From: Balanoglossus misakiensis
Lineage: Eukaryota; Animalia; Hemichordata
Reading direction: 5' to 3'
Assembly: GCA_040954595.2 (NCBI GenBank)
Contig: CM082583.2
Span: 4,269,374-4,333,373, forward strand
Length of the DNA: 64,000 bases
The notes beneath the pieces are model-generated. The model did not search any database. It was given only the letters and a program-made list of their open reading frames with translations, and was not told where the DNA came from. Position numbers and translations under genes: made by a program. Below are positions 1 through 14,321 of this stretch, in pieces (position 1 is the first letter of the stretch; each line of letters begins with the position of its first letter).

Positions 1-93
1 GTCTCCTTGGCGATCCAGCTGTGAAATTATTTTCACGGGCAAGTTGAACAATGCAATGGAAATATTGCAAAGTCAGTTTCAAAACTAAGATCA

Positions 94-235
94 CTGTATT
101 TTGTGAAAATAAAAAGTAGCGTAAAAAGGTTTTCAGAGATATCGATGCAGTCAGTGAAATACGAGAACTCATGTAACAGTTGCCTCTTTTTATATCGCGA
201 AAAATTTCCTGTCACGAAAATTTCACACTTTACAG
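94..235. mobile_element. Degenerate MITE, same family as 39183-39377
   Basis: Ends are CTGTATTTTGTGAAA and TTTCACACTTTACAG+TA. The right end (ATCGCGAAAAATTTCCTGTCACGAAAATT) is nearly the reverse complement of the left end of the 39183 element. Confidence 0.6.
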
Positions 236-2687
236 TACCTTTCCTTGTAATTAAAATTTGTAAGCGTGGATGCCTGAGATTATTTTACCCCTGGCCTAGG
301 TCTCAGATAATTGTATGTGTAAACAAGGTGAGAGTCCCTACCTTTTCAAGGACGTTTCTATGGTATGTCAATGTGATCATAATCGATCATTACCTCTTAA
401 TGAGTACTTTTCACTATTTTTCAATATTTTCGTTCAAATTATCTGATGTGTTTTTCTCCGGCAGAAAACAAAAACAGTGCTCTAGCCCACTTGACTGCAG
501 TACCGGCGGCCACAGTGTAACCTTCAGAAATTAAATGTAGGTGGATCACCACAGTTCAAAACACCAGAAGACCTAAATGCCACTTTCATTAAATTTATGT
601 TAATGGACATTGCATAAAATTCGTCATAATAATGAAATCTTGTGGTTTAACCAAATATTTGGACATAAGGTCAAGAAGAATAAAACTATTTTTCTTCTGA
701 GTTACTGCTTGTAGTTTTCTTTTTAATTTTCATTTCCTTTTTCGTTTTGATAAGATACAATATTTCATTTTCTTGGTTCAGTCAGTTATTGGGCTCTACA
801 GGCTCCCTGTACATTGACCCATTCAGATGTAAACCTATATACATGTAGTTGTTATTTATTACCAATTGAAAGAGCTTACATGCCAAAAAACCAATCAATC
901 AGTCAAATCTCTTAATCAGACGATCTTTCATCTAACTATAACACAACTACTGATTGTAAATTCATGATAAAAATAAATCATAAAACCAATGATACATTAA
1001 TATCATTGGAATCAATCTGTCATAAATTCACAGAGAACTTAATATTAAAACACCAGTAGGACAATGACCAGTACAGAAAAGCCAATAACACTAGACTTAC
1101 CAAAGAGAATCTTGCATACCGGTAGGTTGTTTGAGGCATCACTTTTTTTGACGTCACTTGTGGGCCATGCATGATGACATCATTATCACTTGATGACATC
1201 ACCAGTCAGCCATGCATGATGATGACATCACCAAAAGACAAGGGCATGCAGAAGAAACCAGGCGAGATAGCTGTAGAACCATGTGGGAGAAATGATAAAT
1301 AGTAACAGAGTTCTTACTTTTGAAGTAACAATGAAAGAAATGGAGTTGTAGAAATATATTCTTTATAAAACATCTCATGATTCAGAGAGAAGAGTAACCA
1401 AATGAAATATCCCCATAAAATGGCCCAATCCAATGATGAAGATTATACAACAGATCCAAAACAGTATATTGTGTCACAGTGTGATACTTACTAAGTTACT
1501 TTAATACAGTAGTAACATTAATTTCAAATCACAGATTTAATTAACTTTAATTAACAAACATCAAGCAGTCGCATTACTGACATTAGACTATAGATAATCC
1601 AAAGAAAAACATCAAGGAATCAAACAATGTTTAGGCTGGGTAGTCTGGAAACAGATTTTTGTAGCTGAAAATAATCTGTCGGTCCACTCATCAGTTTAGT
1701 GGCAATGAAAGAAATTTAAACATGGAAAGATGTTTTTTATTTACATGATCTTCAAGGAGAAGGGTAACCAAACAAAATATCCCAATGAAATGACACAATG
1801 ATGAAAACAACATAGCATGCATGTCAAATCATAATTTCTTGTCTATTTTAATTTCCATTCGATAGAAATATCGGAAAATTATGAATTGTTATATCTTTTC
1901 CCCTTTCTGGACTTAAATCTGAAACACACCCTGTGTAGGCAGTTCAGACTGAATTTGAAACCAGAGTTAAAATCCTGTGTTTAATTGCTAAGCTGTGAAT
2001 TTCGCTCAACAGAGAATCTCTCTACAAAGGAAGAGAGGCAAATGTGCCTTCACTGGTGAGAGCGGATGACTGAAGATTGATGCCATCAGTGTCATTTCCC
2101 CCCGTAACTGCAGACTAGTGAACTTGTCTTGCACTTTCTTTTTGAAAGATGGATTCATCAATTCAGACACTGAGGTGTTTGTGCCAATGTGGCGAGATCT
2201 CAGGTGCAAACGGACACGCCCAATCAAAGTTAAGTCACAAGAAACGTTATATTGGATATGTAGCAGCTGAATCTGAAAGTCAAAAACAGACAGGCGGGGG
2301 TTGTTCACAGCGCATTCGTCAAGCAGACGGATGTGAATAGATTACGCTTCACAGCAAATTTTCTAAACAATATATTCTCACGACAGGGGTTAAAAAGTAA
2401 GCATCAATTGTCCATCTTGTTTTCTGCGCACACGCAATGGGCATTCAATCTTTAAAAATCTGTATTGATGTCCACCAAACAATCAAGCATTATGACAAAT
2501 ATTGAGATTGAAGACGTACACAGTCTCTCTATCTCATTATCGGTAATGCTTTGGTCATCCAAGCTGCCTCTTGCATCTTGAAAATGTCATGTTTATAAGA
2601 AAAATGCCTTGTTGATTATTATAGTACTCAGTGAAACACTGACTCTTACAGATGGTAAACTTGTACAGCTGTTGATCAATACATTAC

Positions 2688-3911
2688 CTGTCATAGACAC
2701 CCCTGTCCTATGTACAAAGTCAGACTCGTATCCAACATAACCACAGATTTCATGTCTGAACAAGGTCTTGTAGGCTTCATGTACCACTTTCCTGTAGTGT
2801 TTATTGACATATTCTCTCCATTTGACACAAGCATCACCAGAAAACTTAATGTGAAACCCTGAAAATGAAATGCAATGTTGTTAATACTGGCACTGAACAG
2901 AAAAATGTGTTCTATGACATTTTTTTTTACATGTACCAGGACACATTCACGGAGACTAAAGTCTTCCATATGTGGACCCCACCCCCACAATATCTCAGGG
3001 CCAACAGAGCTAGAGTAATACTCATGCCTGTACTGTATAGCAGAATTGAAAGGAGGCAATTGAGCTCAGCAATAGCCATAGCAGTAACCATTACTGTTGT
3101 ACTACATGTAGTTCAAAATTCATATTTATGCGTACCCCACAAAACAAATGATGGGCAGTATGTGTTTACTGTTTACATGTTTCATGTGGCAGACAAACAT
3201 CCACCATCTGGACAATATTATCATAAATTGCTATGACCAACATGCCACAAAGTTAAAATTATCCTTTGTTGTATGTTTCCCGATTACGGCTTACACTATG
3301 CAGTTTCAAGTATCACGTTTACATAGATGACCTAAACATTTCCCCATCAATTATAGCTTTGATCATCATAATCTGTCACATGAGTCACATGACCGTGTGA
3401 TACGACTGGTTTCAAATTGGCTACAGAAATATATGATCCTGCTTACACCTTGCTGTAGTTTTGTAGCCCCAAAGACTCCCCTTGACGATTTTTGTTTTGG
3501 ACGGGGAGTCGTGGTCCGTCAAACGCAACAATCGTCAAGGGGAGTCTTGGGGCTACAAAACTGCAGCAAGCCCACACCGATCGGCGTCGCGTCGCCATAT
3601 GCCATATATGAAAACCACGAATTATAGAATTTAATACGTTATATCTAAGCCAGACACTAAAATATTAAATGGACACTGTTTGCGCGTGTTCGCCGTCTGG
3701 TCTGGCGCACAAACCATCATTCACACTGAAATTGCGAGACATCTTTTCCTCTGAAATCAGTAATGGCGACCATTGGATTCCTCGTCCTACCTCGAACAGA
3801 CGTTTGGTATTTCGCTCCAACTTCGAGAAGGAGCCATCCGGCGATCGTCTCTCCGGGTTTATACACCTCTTTGTCATTTTCAAATTCTATTCGAAACAAT
3901 TTTACTTTCAT
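2688..3911 (-). CDS. Alpha-arrestin / arrestin domain-containing protein, first two coding exons (gene continues beyond the left edge)
   Basis: Exon 1 is 3911-3791 (MKVKLFRIEFENDKEVYKPGETIAGWLLLEVGAKYQTSVR, donor GTAGGA, phase 1). Exon 2 is 2858-2688 (GFHIKFSGDACVKWREY...GVSMT, acceptor TTTTCAG, donor GTAATG). The F.I.F...VY.PGE.I.G and G.A.V.W motifs are typical of the arrestin_N domain of ARRDC/TXNIP proteins. A possible next acceptor (TTTCACAG) lies at 19-20 but is unverified. Confidence 0.85.
3449..3570. repeat. Long near-perfect inverted repeat (foldback element) in arrestin intron 1
   Basis: Arms of about 55 bp: CTTGCTGTAGTTTTGTAGCCCCAAAGACTCCCCTTGACGATT pairs with AATCGTCAAGGGGAGTCTTGGGGCTACAAAACTGCAGCAAG around a short loop. 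Confidence 0.85.
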
Positions 3912-4086
3912 TTTGGACAGAATAATACCAAAATTACAGTCAGATGGGCCTAGACGTCCACCGATCAGGAAACAGGAACTTGTCGCCTTATGTTGTAGAT
4001 GGTTTCGGATTCGGATGCAGGTCCGAATATACTGGGAGCGAGAGTTGCTAGCTAGCGCCCGGGCCCCACCCCGCAATCCCCCCCAG

Positions 4087-4117
<31 letters not shown>

Positions 4118-7100
4118 ATTCCCATTTTTAGACAAATGTTTATAAATTTTAAAACGGTACATATCGCGTATAAGCTTACTAACACGGTTGGTATTTGCTG
4201 TCAAGAGTCAGTATTCGTCATGATAAAACCTTCAATATACATGTACAAGTTTTGGTTGTAAAATCTGTATAACTTGCGCCCCGGCCCCTTGTGTTCTACC
4301 CTGGCTATCCTTTTTTATTGTAGAAAAACATCAGCAAGGCACCCGAAATGTGTATAGGTTGGGGTTGGTGGGCGTTGTTTGGGTGGTTGTGCATAGGTAG
4401 GTTTGTGGGTGTACGGAGAGAGAGAGAGAGAGAGAGATCCGAACAATAATATGAATTACTGCTATGCGTCAGCGGCGGTATTGTTCCAATATAGGTTAGG
4501 GGCAAGGGTCATCCAGGGACCACCAGGGCGATCACTCCTGCAAACTGAGTAAATTAAGCGCCCTGTCTGGCATCACTGGCATCGGGGCGATCAGAGAATA
4601 TTTAATCTCCCATTTTAGATGCTCTTCATAACCAAGCAATTTAGGTGTCTGATCCACCGGATCGTGCAGGACAAATTAAATTTTGATCAGTGGAATAGGC
4701 CTATTATTTTATAATAACGATCAATTGTTTTTATATTTGCGATATGCAAAGTCCACACAAAAGATTTACATAGCTTGTTTGAGCTACAATAGGACTGTGG
4801 AATCTAGTCTACCTATATGATCACAACCATTTTTTCTTCACGGATGCAAACAAGGCACCCTCCAACAGAAAGCCGCTCATCATTGTGAACAGCAATTAGA
4901 GCCCACCAACCATTGTTCCATTCATTTTTTCTGTACCACTGAAATTTTCATTATTTTTATAGCAGCATTCTGTTGACACGAATGGGTCACTTCTTATTGA
5001 TATATTATGGCATAGCTGCCTATATTAGTCCAATCGTTGGCTACATTTTGGGTGGGATGGGTGCTTCTACTGGTATTGGCGACGATAATGGATGACAGAC
5101 AGTACAGTGAACCACAGACAAAGAGTGAACCATTATTAGGCCTAATGGTAGGAGCGAGACTCTTACCTCCACGGAAGCACCTAGCACAAGACTAGATATT
5201 GAGCAGTAACGCAGACAATGGTTGTGAGGCCGTATGGGGGTCCACAACAGAACTATGTCAGTATGTGACTAGTACATGCAAATGTTTCGTGCCTCTAGCA
5301 TTGGAGCCAACATACCAAGTGCATGCATTTTAAATCTGTAGAATGCACTTTCATTTGACTTTTGTCGACTTCATTCTGATAGCAGTGGATACTTATTATC
5401 ATTATTATTTTTAATGTTTTTCTTCTCTGCAATCGTGGAGGTAAAAACATTCTTACCGCCATGCTGCAATATGTAAAGATATTGTTATATTGTGCAGTCT
5501 GGGCCCAGAACAACGATGCCGACGAATTTAACAAAAGATCTGTTCTAGCTGTGCATAGTATAGGGATGCACGCACCGTCACACTCTATCTAATGTTACAA
5601 ATCCCCAATATCATTATCCAAAATCAGTGCATGAGAGAAGAAACCGAAGAAAAATCTGGGTGATGTGATGCCGGTGGGGGATTCACAACGAGGGTTCGGA
5701 TTGCTCTTACTAAAAACATATCTCACTGAAGTTCAACCACGGATCGAGTTCAACATGCATACAAGCCCATCTATCCATACAACAAAGCACTACGGAGAGG
5801 CGAAGACCAAAGCCTGCGCCATAGACCCTGGATCTATGTCTGCACTCAGGCCTCCACTTTGAGCGATTGCAAAGATATCGTTCTTCATTTTACGAAGCTG
5901 CGTATAATATCACCTCGTGGTGAGTGCGTTGCAAACCAGTCAAGGAAGAGAAACGCCTACTGATTGCTTACGATACGCTAAATAAACTGCATTTTTTGTC
6001 ATTTCTTTACCCGGTTCAGTTTCTTTCATTCCGTTCTCCTTTTGGTTCCACTGAAGCACCAACCATGCATGCATGCTCGCATGCAAAATCAACACAACAG
6101 TTATTCAGTGAAAGCCTGTGCCACTGAGCATGGAGGTGGATGCGAGAAGGAGATTGAGATGGTGGCATAGGCTAAAAATTGGCCTTTCCAAGATTACTGA
6201 AGACATAAAGCTTAACATATTTTTTTGAGTTGTGGCTTCACAGTGCTGCAGAGCTTTTTTGACAAGGGAGTGCACTGCCGCTGCAGAAATCTTTTTTGTG
6301 TACCCCTGGATTGTTTTTAAAAAAATTGTATTGAAATGGAAATAGTGGACCTGGGAGTCACAAAATACCCGGGGTTTTCTAGATTTAAAAATATTAAAAA
6401 TAAATAAATAAAAAGCATGCGTTTGAGGGGTGGGTGAATTTAGCTAGAAGGACGTCAGCGTTACCGACACAGAAAAAAACATTATGCGTTATGCTACAAG
6501 CAGTGAATATTCGACTGGATTCGCTGCTTGCGCTTGCATTGTAATAAATGCAACGCTGTTGAAGCTCCGCGCGCAGACGTCTGCGCATGGCAGTCGGATG
6601 GGTCGGTGACAAAGGAAACTTTCGCGCCCGCGGCTGCATTCTTTTAGTCCGACAGATATGCCTCCACATGAACAGCATCACGAGCTCGTTTCACGTGGCG
6701 CTTGTAATTTCACGCGTTGGACCATCAGCTGCGGCACAAGGACGGACCACGGTCTCGGGGGTCCGGCACAAACAGAACCACAGACAAAGGAAACAATACA
6801 TGCACAATAGCAGTGGCCGGGGTCATTTAAATTTTAAAGGTCCAGCAGTGGACTGTCCAGGGGTCAGACAATGTACAGCTGTCATCAAGAGAGGTGAATG
6901 ATTCTAGGCATTATTACATACCCAAAGACCCATACTTCCTCGTTTTTTTTAAAACCAAGTTTGACCATTGACTTTCTGAGACAGCACGTGCACGCACGTG
7001 TATTTTCTTGCAAAGGCAAGGACACAGGCTAGACAGATGGACTCCTATGCAATGATATTCTCTGTATGACAGAATCCTGCAACCAGTGAGAGAAGTGTTG

Positions 7101-10100
7101 ACACTTAACATATGCGGTGTTGACAACTGTGTTGCAGTTATGAATGTTGTACGAAATGAGAAGAATTGTTGGTTATTTTTTGTCTTTACTACATCTCCAC
7201 ACGAAATTCTACCCAAGTGACAATGCGCAAAAATGACCCTTTTCCAAGGACGCTTAGCAAAACATGTTGCCACCCGAATTATTTCAGCCCTGCCATTCTC
7301 GGTCCCAATCGCATTGCATTGTTTTGTCGCCAATCACCATGCCCTGTACATGTACATGACAGCTCAGATGCGGACAAACAGATGGGTGGGTTGTAACAAA
7401 AGATTGCTAATAAATCGCACTGACTTGACCATCGATAACACATGGTTGCTACTTTCTCAGACCATTGACAAGTGTGTGGCGACTGTGCATTACAATGAAC
7501 ATGCGAAGCGACTGTCGATATATTAGTATATCCAAGTTCGTCGTTTACAAAGGAACTTGGAAAAGTTTTGGATAACAATAGAAATGGCAAATGACTTGAA
7601 CGAAATCAAATACTTCGTCATGTTGTCACCAAAGCAAATACTCCGTTCTATCACAGTTGTGTTAATTTGTGACTAAATTTGGATCACCAAAGCAGTAATG
7701 CAGAGCAGATAGATGTCCGTAGGCGTAAATACTGTTAACATCTCTCTGTCTCTCTGTCACTGTCACTGTCTGTCTCTCTCTCCCTCTCCCCCCTCTCTCT
7801 CGATCGATTGGCATCGTCAATAAACTAATTTATCAAATATAGTATATTCCTGACACTTCATGCGTTGAGTACATATTTGCGCACATATTCTTGCCGACAC
7901 GGGTAGAAGTTTCGTATAACCCCCGGATCCTAGAAGGGGAAGTGTCCCTTTTCGAAACAATATAAGTCTGGTACCGAGACGTGGGTTTCTCCCCAAAACG
8001 CCCCACAACAACTATGGGTTGAAAGTCTGGAGAATATTGCTGTACTCTGCTGAAACACAAACAAGTCACTGGCGGATTCTATGATACTGTGGGGTGTGGT
8101 GGTCGTCTATGTATATAAACATCCTGTAGAGTCACAACGCATAACTTTATTTCACAGAGAATGTGTGTACATGTGTATATGCATTCATTCACTAAGTGTA
8201 TTCTTGGGGAACTTAATTTAGCGGGTAGACTTCTGCAGTGAATACGTGGCTATAAAATCAACACGTGTCTGTAAGCTTGAAGGGTAAATTCAGCTTGAAT
8301 GACACCAAGGTTACAGACGAAGTCTGCTTTTTTTACATTCAGAGGAAAAGTGAGTTATAATGTATAGTACGTGGCCCTGATATTTTGCCTTTAGGACACT
8401 GACGACTGTTGCAACCCGATGCAAATCATGCGCACACCTGATGAAGGCCACTGAGACTATTCGCTGTCTGTGATTACCCGGCCCAGGAACTTGTCGTCGT
8501 TCGCTTTCAAAATCATTTGAAAATCCACGATTGCTTGTGGTGTTGTACAAAGAGGGTACGACTTTTCAGACATGCACAAAAGAGGTCAACAATGCACAGG
8601 GGTCATGGGGCATTTAAATTTTACAGATCCATATGTCACAATGCAGGGGTTCAAGTAAATACAGCTGTCGTCCGATGAGACGAGCAGGTGAAATACGAGT
8701 TACTTTGCAGATACACTCGTCCGATTATTAAATCAACTTGAACTTGAAGAAAGCACGACAATTCTGATCCGTGTAACTCTGTGTCAACTGCAGATAAACT
8801 GCTTGTGACAATTGTCTGAGTGCCAGACTGTCAACCCATCAATGCTATAATACATTTGCATGGTCGTTGATTGAAGTAATATACGCTCTATATCAAATAT
8901 TTCTTTTCCACGATTTTCATTCATAGCATACACACTATATATAGGCTGATTAAATATGCGGGCAAATGCTCGACGTGAAAGCCACCAGCTTTGTAAAAGG
9001 TCAACTCCGGAAGGAAGGAGCAGTCAGCAGGTGACGCTTTGCACCGCAAAACTTCTCTGGGTTCGTCCCAACATGTTCCTATTCCCATGCGTCTGGCAAA
9101 TATCATTTCTGGTGGCGGGAAAATGCAGCATTCAATGCATTCACCTCTATTGGCAAATGTCTGTGTTCCCATGATTAATAAAAAGTGTTGTTTTCAGTGT
9201 GTGGAGAAGCTGTTGGCTGATTGCTTGTTGAGCATTGTGAACAAGGGTGTATGGAGTACGCGCAAACAATGGGATGGGTGTCAAGCAACACATTCACAAG
9301 TTCAGAAAAACCCGCTTTATCCCGCGCAAATTAGTTCATTCGGTGAATTTTTGCCGGGAAAATTTAAAACCCACACCCAACCTGCTGGGATTCAGCGCTA
9401 ATGAACAGTCAAAGCCTGCTAGGACTTGCAGAGTTTAATTCCGGAGAAATGCCTTTTTTTTCATCTACCTCATCACGACAATGTGATGATGAGTTTGATT
9501 GTTGTTCCAAATGACTTGGTTCCCCCCCCCCCCGGCCGCACCAAACGATAGTACTTTAAAGCTAATTCTCACATATGGGGTTTAAATAATTTAACACATG
9601 CGTGTTACACACGCTAAGAAAACTAGAACAAAAATCGGCGTGAAAGACAAGCGGACGAGTCCGTACAAGAAAAAGAATTCGACAAAACAGCCACGGAACA
9701 AACTATCAAAAATTAAAAGGGGATAAATCATCGAGAAGAATTTGAACTGACGTGACAAGACTTATCACGCGGGTGCTTTTCACGCCTGCTTGCTAACCCC
9801 TTTGCACGTATTTACCAAGTCTAAAAACAGAAGACCATGAAAAGCAGAGGTTCATCACTTATGCCCACTGCAATAGAAATAGAATGATTGAAATGCTACG
9901 AAAACCTTGTTTTAGTTTCCACCTTATCCCCAACAAGCAGTTTTCTTTATCTATTCTCTTGATAATTTATGCACACCCCTCTGTGATGGGAAAACAACAG
10001 GAACTATACGTAAGCTTCATCAATAGTCATTTGCCATGAAAGGGTGAGTTGACGAAGGCGCAAAAATATCGAGAATTTTGCAGTCACATTTCAGAAATCG

Positions 10101-11680
10101 ATTGCTGGCCAATCCTCATATCATTCACGCTGTTTCTGTAGCTGCTCTGTTATCATTTGAACTTTAACGAATCACACCAAGGAAAGGGTTGCGAAACCGC
10201 TTTACTTTATCACACCCTTACACACGGCAGCAGGGGTGGGTGGATAAAATTTAAGTTCCTTTTTAGAAGTCAGTTGGAGAATTTACCAAATTGGTTTTGA
10301 CTCTTAAAATAATTTTAAGATTTCAATTTTCAACTTTAAGATTTCAAGTTTTTCAAAGTCGCATTGCGATGAGTTTTTTCTGCTCATGGTTAATTAATTC
10401 ACCGGACACAAAATTTGCATAAAAATAAGGACATGATTTGCACGATTTGCACATGCGCAGAACCTCTTCTTGGTGAAGGGTTTGGCCGAATGTTTCCATT
10501 TGTCTGACGTTCATTACACAACCAATCTGATTAAAATCAGCTATATAGATCTGGGGCCTGACTTAACTGAGTCCTTTTACCATTGCTTGCTTTTGCCGTT
10601 TTCGTTCTGCTGCTGCCGCCTCTCTGCAGCAAAGGGCCAAGAAAATGCAAACACGCCTGAGCCTACTAGTTTAATACATAGTACTAATTATTTTAATGGA
10701 CAGATAGATAAGAAAATAACAACGACTAGGAGGCTGATAGTTTACGGTTGTTCGAGAAATGAACAATTATGACATGACAACAAGAACAATTCAATGAATA
10801 TTGGGATCATCTGTTCACAAACCTCTTTTGGAGACAAACGATATTTTAAAGATGCATACCTGTCCGAAGACGATCACAGACATGCGCAGAGAGGTTTGGT
10901 ATGCAAATTAGACGCGGTGTTCTGGAATAAATCGGGGGAGGGGGGTTAGTATCACGGCGCGACCGAATCTGCTTTGGTAATTAAAATGGGTCCGATAATC
11001 AAACTGTCAGGAATTAACAATCGTGGATTAGTCTAGCTACCAAATTAAAGTGATGTCAAATATCTTGTTGAACGTATGATGGCAATGAATTCACGCAAAT
11101 GTGTTCCCGTGGTTGACCAAAGGACAAAGGTTCATTCAAATATAAAAAATGTGAGACACTTGACAGTCAACTGGCACGGCCAGCTCCAGCGATGTAACAT
11201 CTTAAAGTCCACAAATTTCAACAGTTTTTAAGCCATTAGTGTGCGGTGTTCTTCACGATAACAAACTTTCTGCACCGTACGCATGTTCCTGGTTGTTTCA
11301 GTAGTGATTAAGACTCTCAATATCAGGCTTTTTAGGGTTGAGAGAAAACTTTGAGATTTAAATAATTTGATCGATGCAACATTGAAAAAGAACTGGGACA
11401 TGATTTTTTCTTAAAATTGAGAAGAGAAATTTGGGTCGCCGTGAAAGATTTTGACTGGGAGAACTCTTCTCACATTCTAAATTCAAAATGGCTGCCAATC
11501 TCTGCGGCGTTAACTTTATATGTAGTGATTTTCATGAAAGTAAGACGGTGAATACCAGGTTGTCTACTGTGTTTTCAGAAAGATTTATAATACATTATAA
11601 TATATAAGTAATGAATGACTATCATTTTTTTCTGAAAATTTGTCCCGGAGGCGCGCGCTCATCTTCACTCAGCAGACTAA

Positions 11681-11798
11681 GGGAGCATTCAGTAATAACG
11701 AGGGGGTGGGCTGGGGAATCAAGGGGCGGGTCACTTTTTACAGTCAAAGTGAATGCGAAATCCCCCCGGTCCACCCCCTGTAATTACTGAAGGCTCCC
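11681..11798. mobile_element. PIF/Harbinger-type (Tourist-like) MITE
   Basis: TIRs GGGAGCATTCAGTAAT and ATTACTGAAGGCTCCC, flanked by TAA on both sides (3-bp TWA target-site duplication). Confidence 0.75.
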
Positions 11799-14321
11799 TA
11801 ACAATTAACTTCGCAATATCCAGAACTACATAAACACTTTTCCCATAATATGTCAACAGCAACTACTTCTTAGTCACCGAACTCGCCTGGGAGATTAATA
11901 TCAAAATATTAAATGTGACTGAAACAATTAACTGACGTGAAATATTCATGGTGCTTGAAAATTTTACTTCCATCTAGGTATATAGATATCGGATTAATAA
12001 TATACGGATTTACCATCTTCTAATTGCTCAATGAAATGTATCCATGGGGTAAAAAAAATATCGATGTTATTCAAAAGCTTTCTGGGGAAAATGTGTGCAC
12101 GTGTGTATGTAAATGCGCACGTATGTGTGTATGCATGCATGCATGCATTTAGTTTACCTGCGTGACTGTGTTTTCACAATCGATGAATTAAGGTGAGCGT
12201 TATTTGAAATAATTATGTCGGGTTATCGATCTGAGAAATTATTAATTATTGAATGCAAATATGAAGAAACATCTGGTGAACAGTTTGTTTCAACACTGAG
12301 CAACAGCTATGTGATATCCTTTATATCTACCACGTCGATGTATTACTTTCAGTGGCTCTCCGAGTTCTGTACACACAAGATATCATCTATCATATCAACA
12401 GCAGACTGTTGCCGTTTGCTTTTAAAATGAAACTAGTGAAACCGAAACTAATATGGCGCTTAAATCGGACAATCGCCTTGATCGCTGTCACAGCTGTAAC
12501 AAATAGATTGAAATTACCCCCCCCCCACACACACACACACACACCGTGACCACCACGTTCCCTTATCGACCGTTGTGATCCATTGTGATCACTCACGAGT
12601 AGCATTCTGCCCTGCAGTTGGTCTGAGAACACAACATAGAAAGTGCTCAAGGAACTCTCCGTGGGGTAACATGAGGAATAATGCCGTCTCTTATCAATGA
12701 CGTCATCTACCCAATTAAATATGTAGCGATATGGGAGACATCGAGTTCCACAATCATTCTACACTGAGGGGTGCATGTACTATTGTTAAAACACAGTCAA
12801 CATTCACTTATATGTTTTTTGGGGGTCGTCGTACTTTTTCTTTGTCGGCATCCGCATGTTATGGGCTACTAGTAAGCTGATTTCGTCGGCGATAAAAGTA
12901 GTTCGCGTAAGCGAATCATTTAGGTAGACGATCGTCCAATCTCCACAAGCGACTGGAATAGGCCTACTGTCGATTTGGGTAAACACGGTGGCAACGCACT
13001 TTCTCCCTCCAACAATTTAACCACACTAACACACTGGCATTCTTCAGAGTATATGCTTCAACTTTGTTTTAAAAGTTCATCAAGCAAGCAATATTCCAGC
13101 TGGTCAGCCGGGGGCGATCACAAACCAAAACACAGAAATTCCCACCTAATCTCAGTCTGAATAATTTAATTCAGGGGTGCCGTGTTTCGGAGGGTCCAAC
13201 TTAGCATACATTATTTTGCTATTAATGTGTCCGTGAAAAAAAATAGTAAGACTTCATTGCTGAAGTTGCAAATTAAAGGACGTGACAGCGGCAATTTCTT
13301 CTGCTTCCTATGTGTAGCTCGGTCTGTGCTGAACACACCTAGCTTTAGACGAAGACAACGGCAAGACAAAGAAATTATTCAGAGGTACTGCAAACGTTCG
13401 ATTAAAAGCGACAAACCCATAAACTATAATTGTCAGAATTCATATTACTGACGCTACAAGAAAAGAACAGTGCACGAAATGATATGATGAAGTCACGCCC
13501 TGCGACATCTGAAGCCCAGACGCGCCTAATTCATTTTTTTCTCGCTTTTTTTAGTTTTTCCCAGAAAGAAGACTCGCAAGTCATTGCCATATGCACGTCA
13601 TCAGTGCATTCCATTCCAGCTTCTATCACGACAAGGTTTTTATCACGACTATGATCTTACACAATATGGCCGAATTCAAAGATTATAGCGCCAACCCTCG
13701 AGATTTCATTTCGACGTACTAATTGCCGATTGTTGGAGATTCGACACACAGACGTGAAGATGGCACGCTGCTATTATTGTTTCTGAGGTGGCAACATCTT
13801 GCCAAGTGGACATCTAGACGTATTGATTCACATACGGCTTTCTCGCTGCATTGTTCTAGCCCTCGACGTACTGGTAGCATTATGCAAATAAGGTCGGAGC
13901 AGTCATCGCTGCAGAATAGGCAATCAGGGATAGCCGCTCCTGATTGGTCGAGTCGACAAAGGCTATTATCAAGTACCGCGAGCACACAATATCATATTGT
14001 GCTGGTCGCGTGCCCGGTTCATGAATATTCAAAATATGTTAAATTGAGGGCTGCTCAGCTGAAATAGCTCCCAGTGGTTTGCAAGGCCGCAGCCAGCTCC
14101 TCGGTGTAGCGGTCGCTTGCAAATATTACTTGTTCTGCAGATATCGCAGTAGTCTGTCCACGTATGGGAAACACACCGGTTCAGATATGACGCATAGGTA
14201 GTTCAAACGGCGCCAATGAGTGGAACGGAAAGAAGCAGTCAACTATATTTTGCTACGTATATTTTAGTGAGACACGCAGCGAAGGTTAAATTTATCTCGG
14301 CCAGCGAGTGCAATTTACAGC

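Noticed and set aside
1431-1806. AATGATGAA box C-like motifs suggesting snoRNAs
   Set aside because: They are antisense to the host arrestin transcript, and I found no convincing terminal stem with box D.
3665-4131. Overlapping ORFs of 72-132 aa around arrestin exon 1
   Set aside because: Only 3911-3791 matches arrestin and has a donor site; the rest are shadow frames or run through a C/CA repeat.
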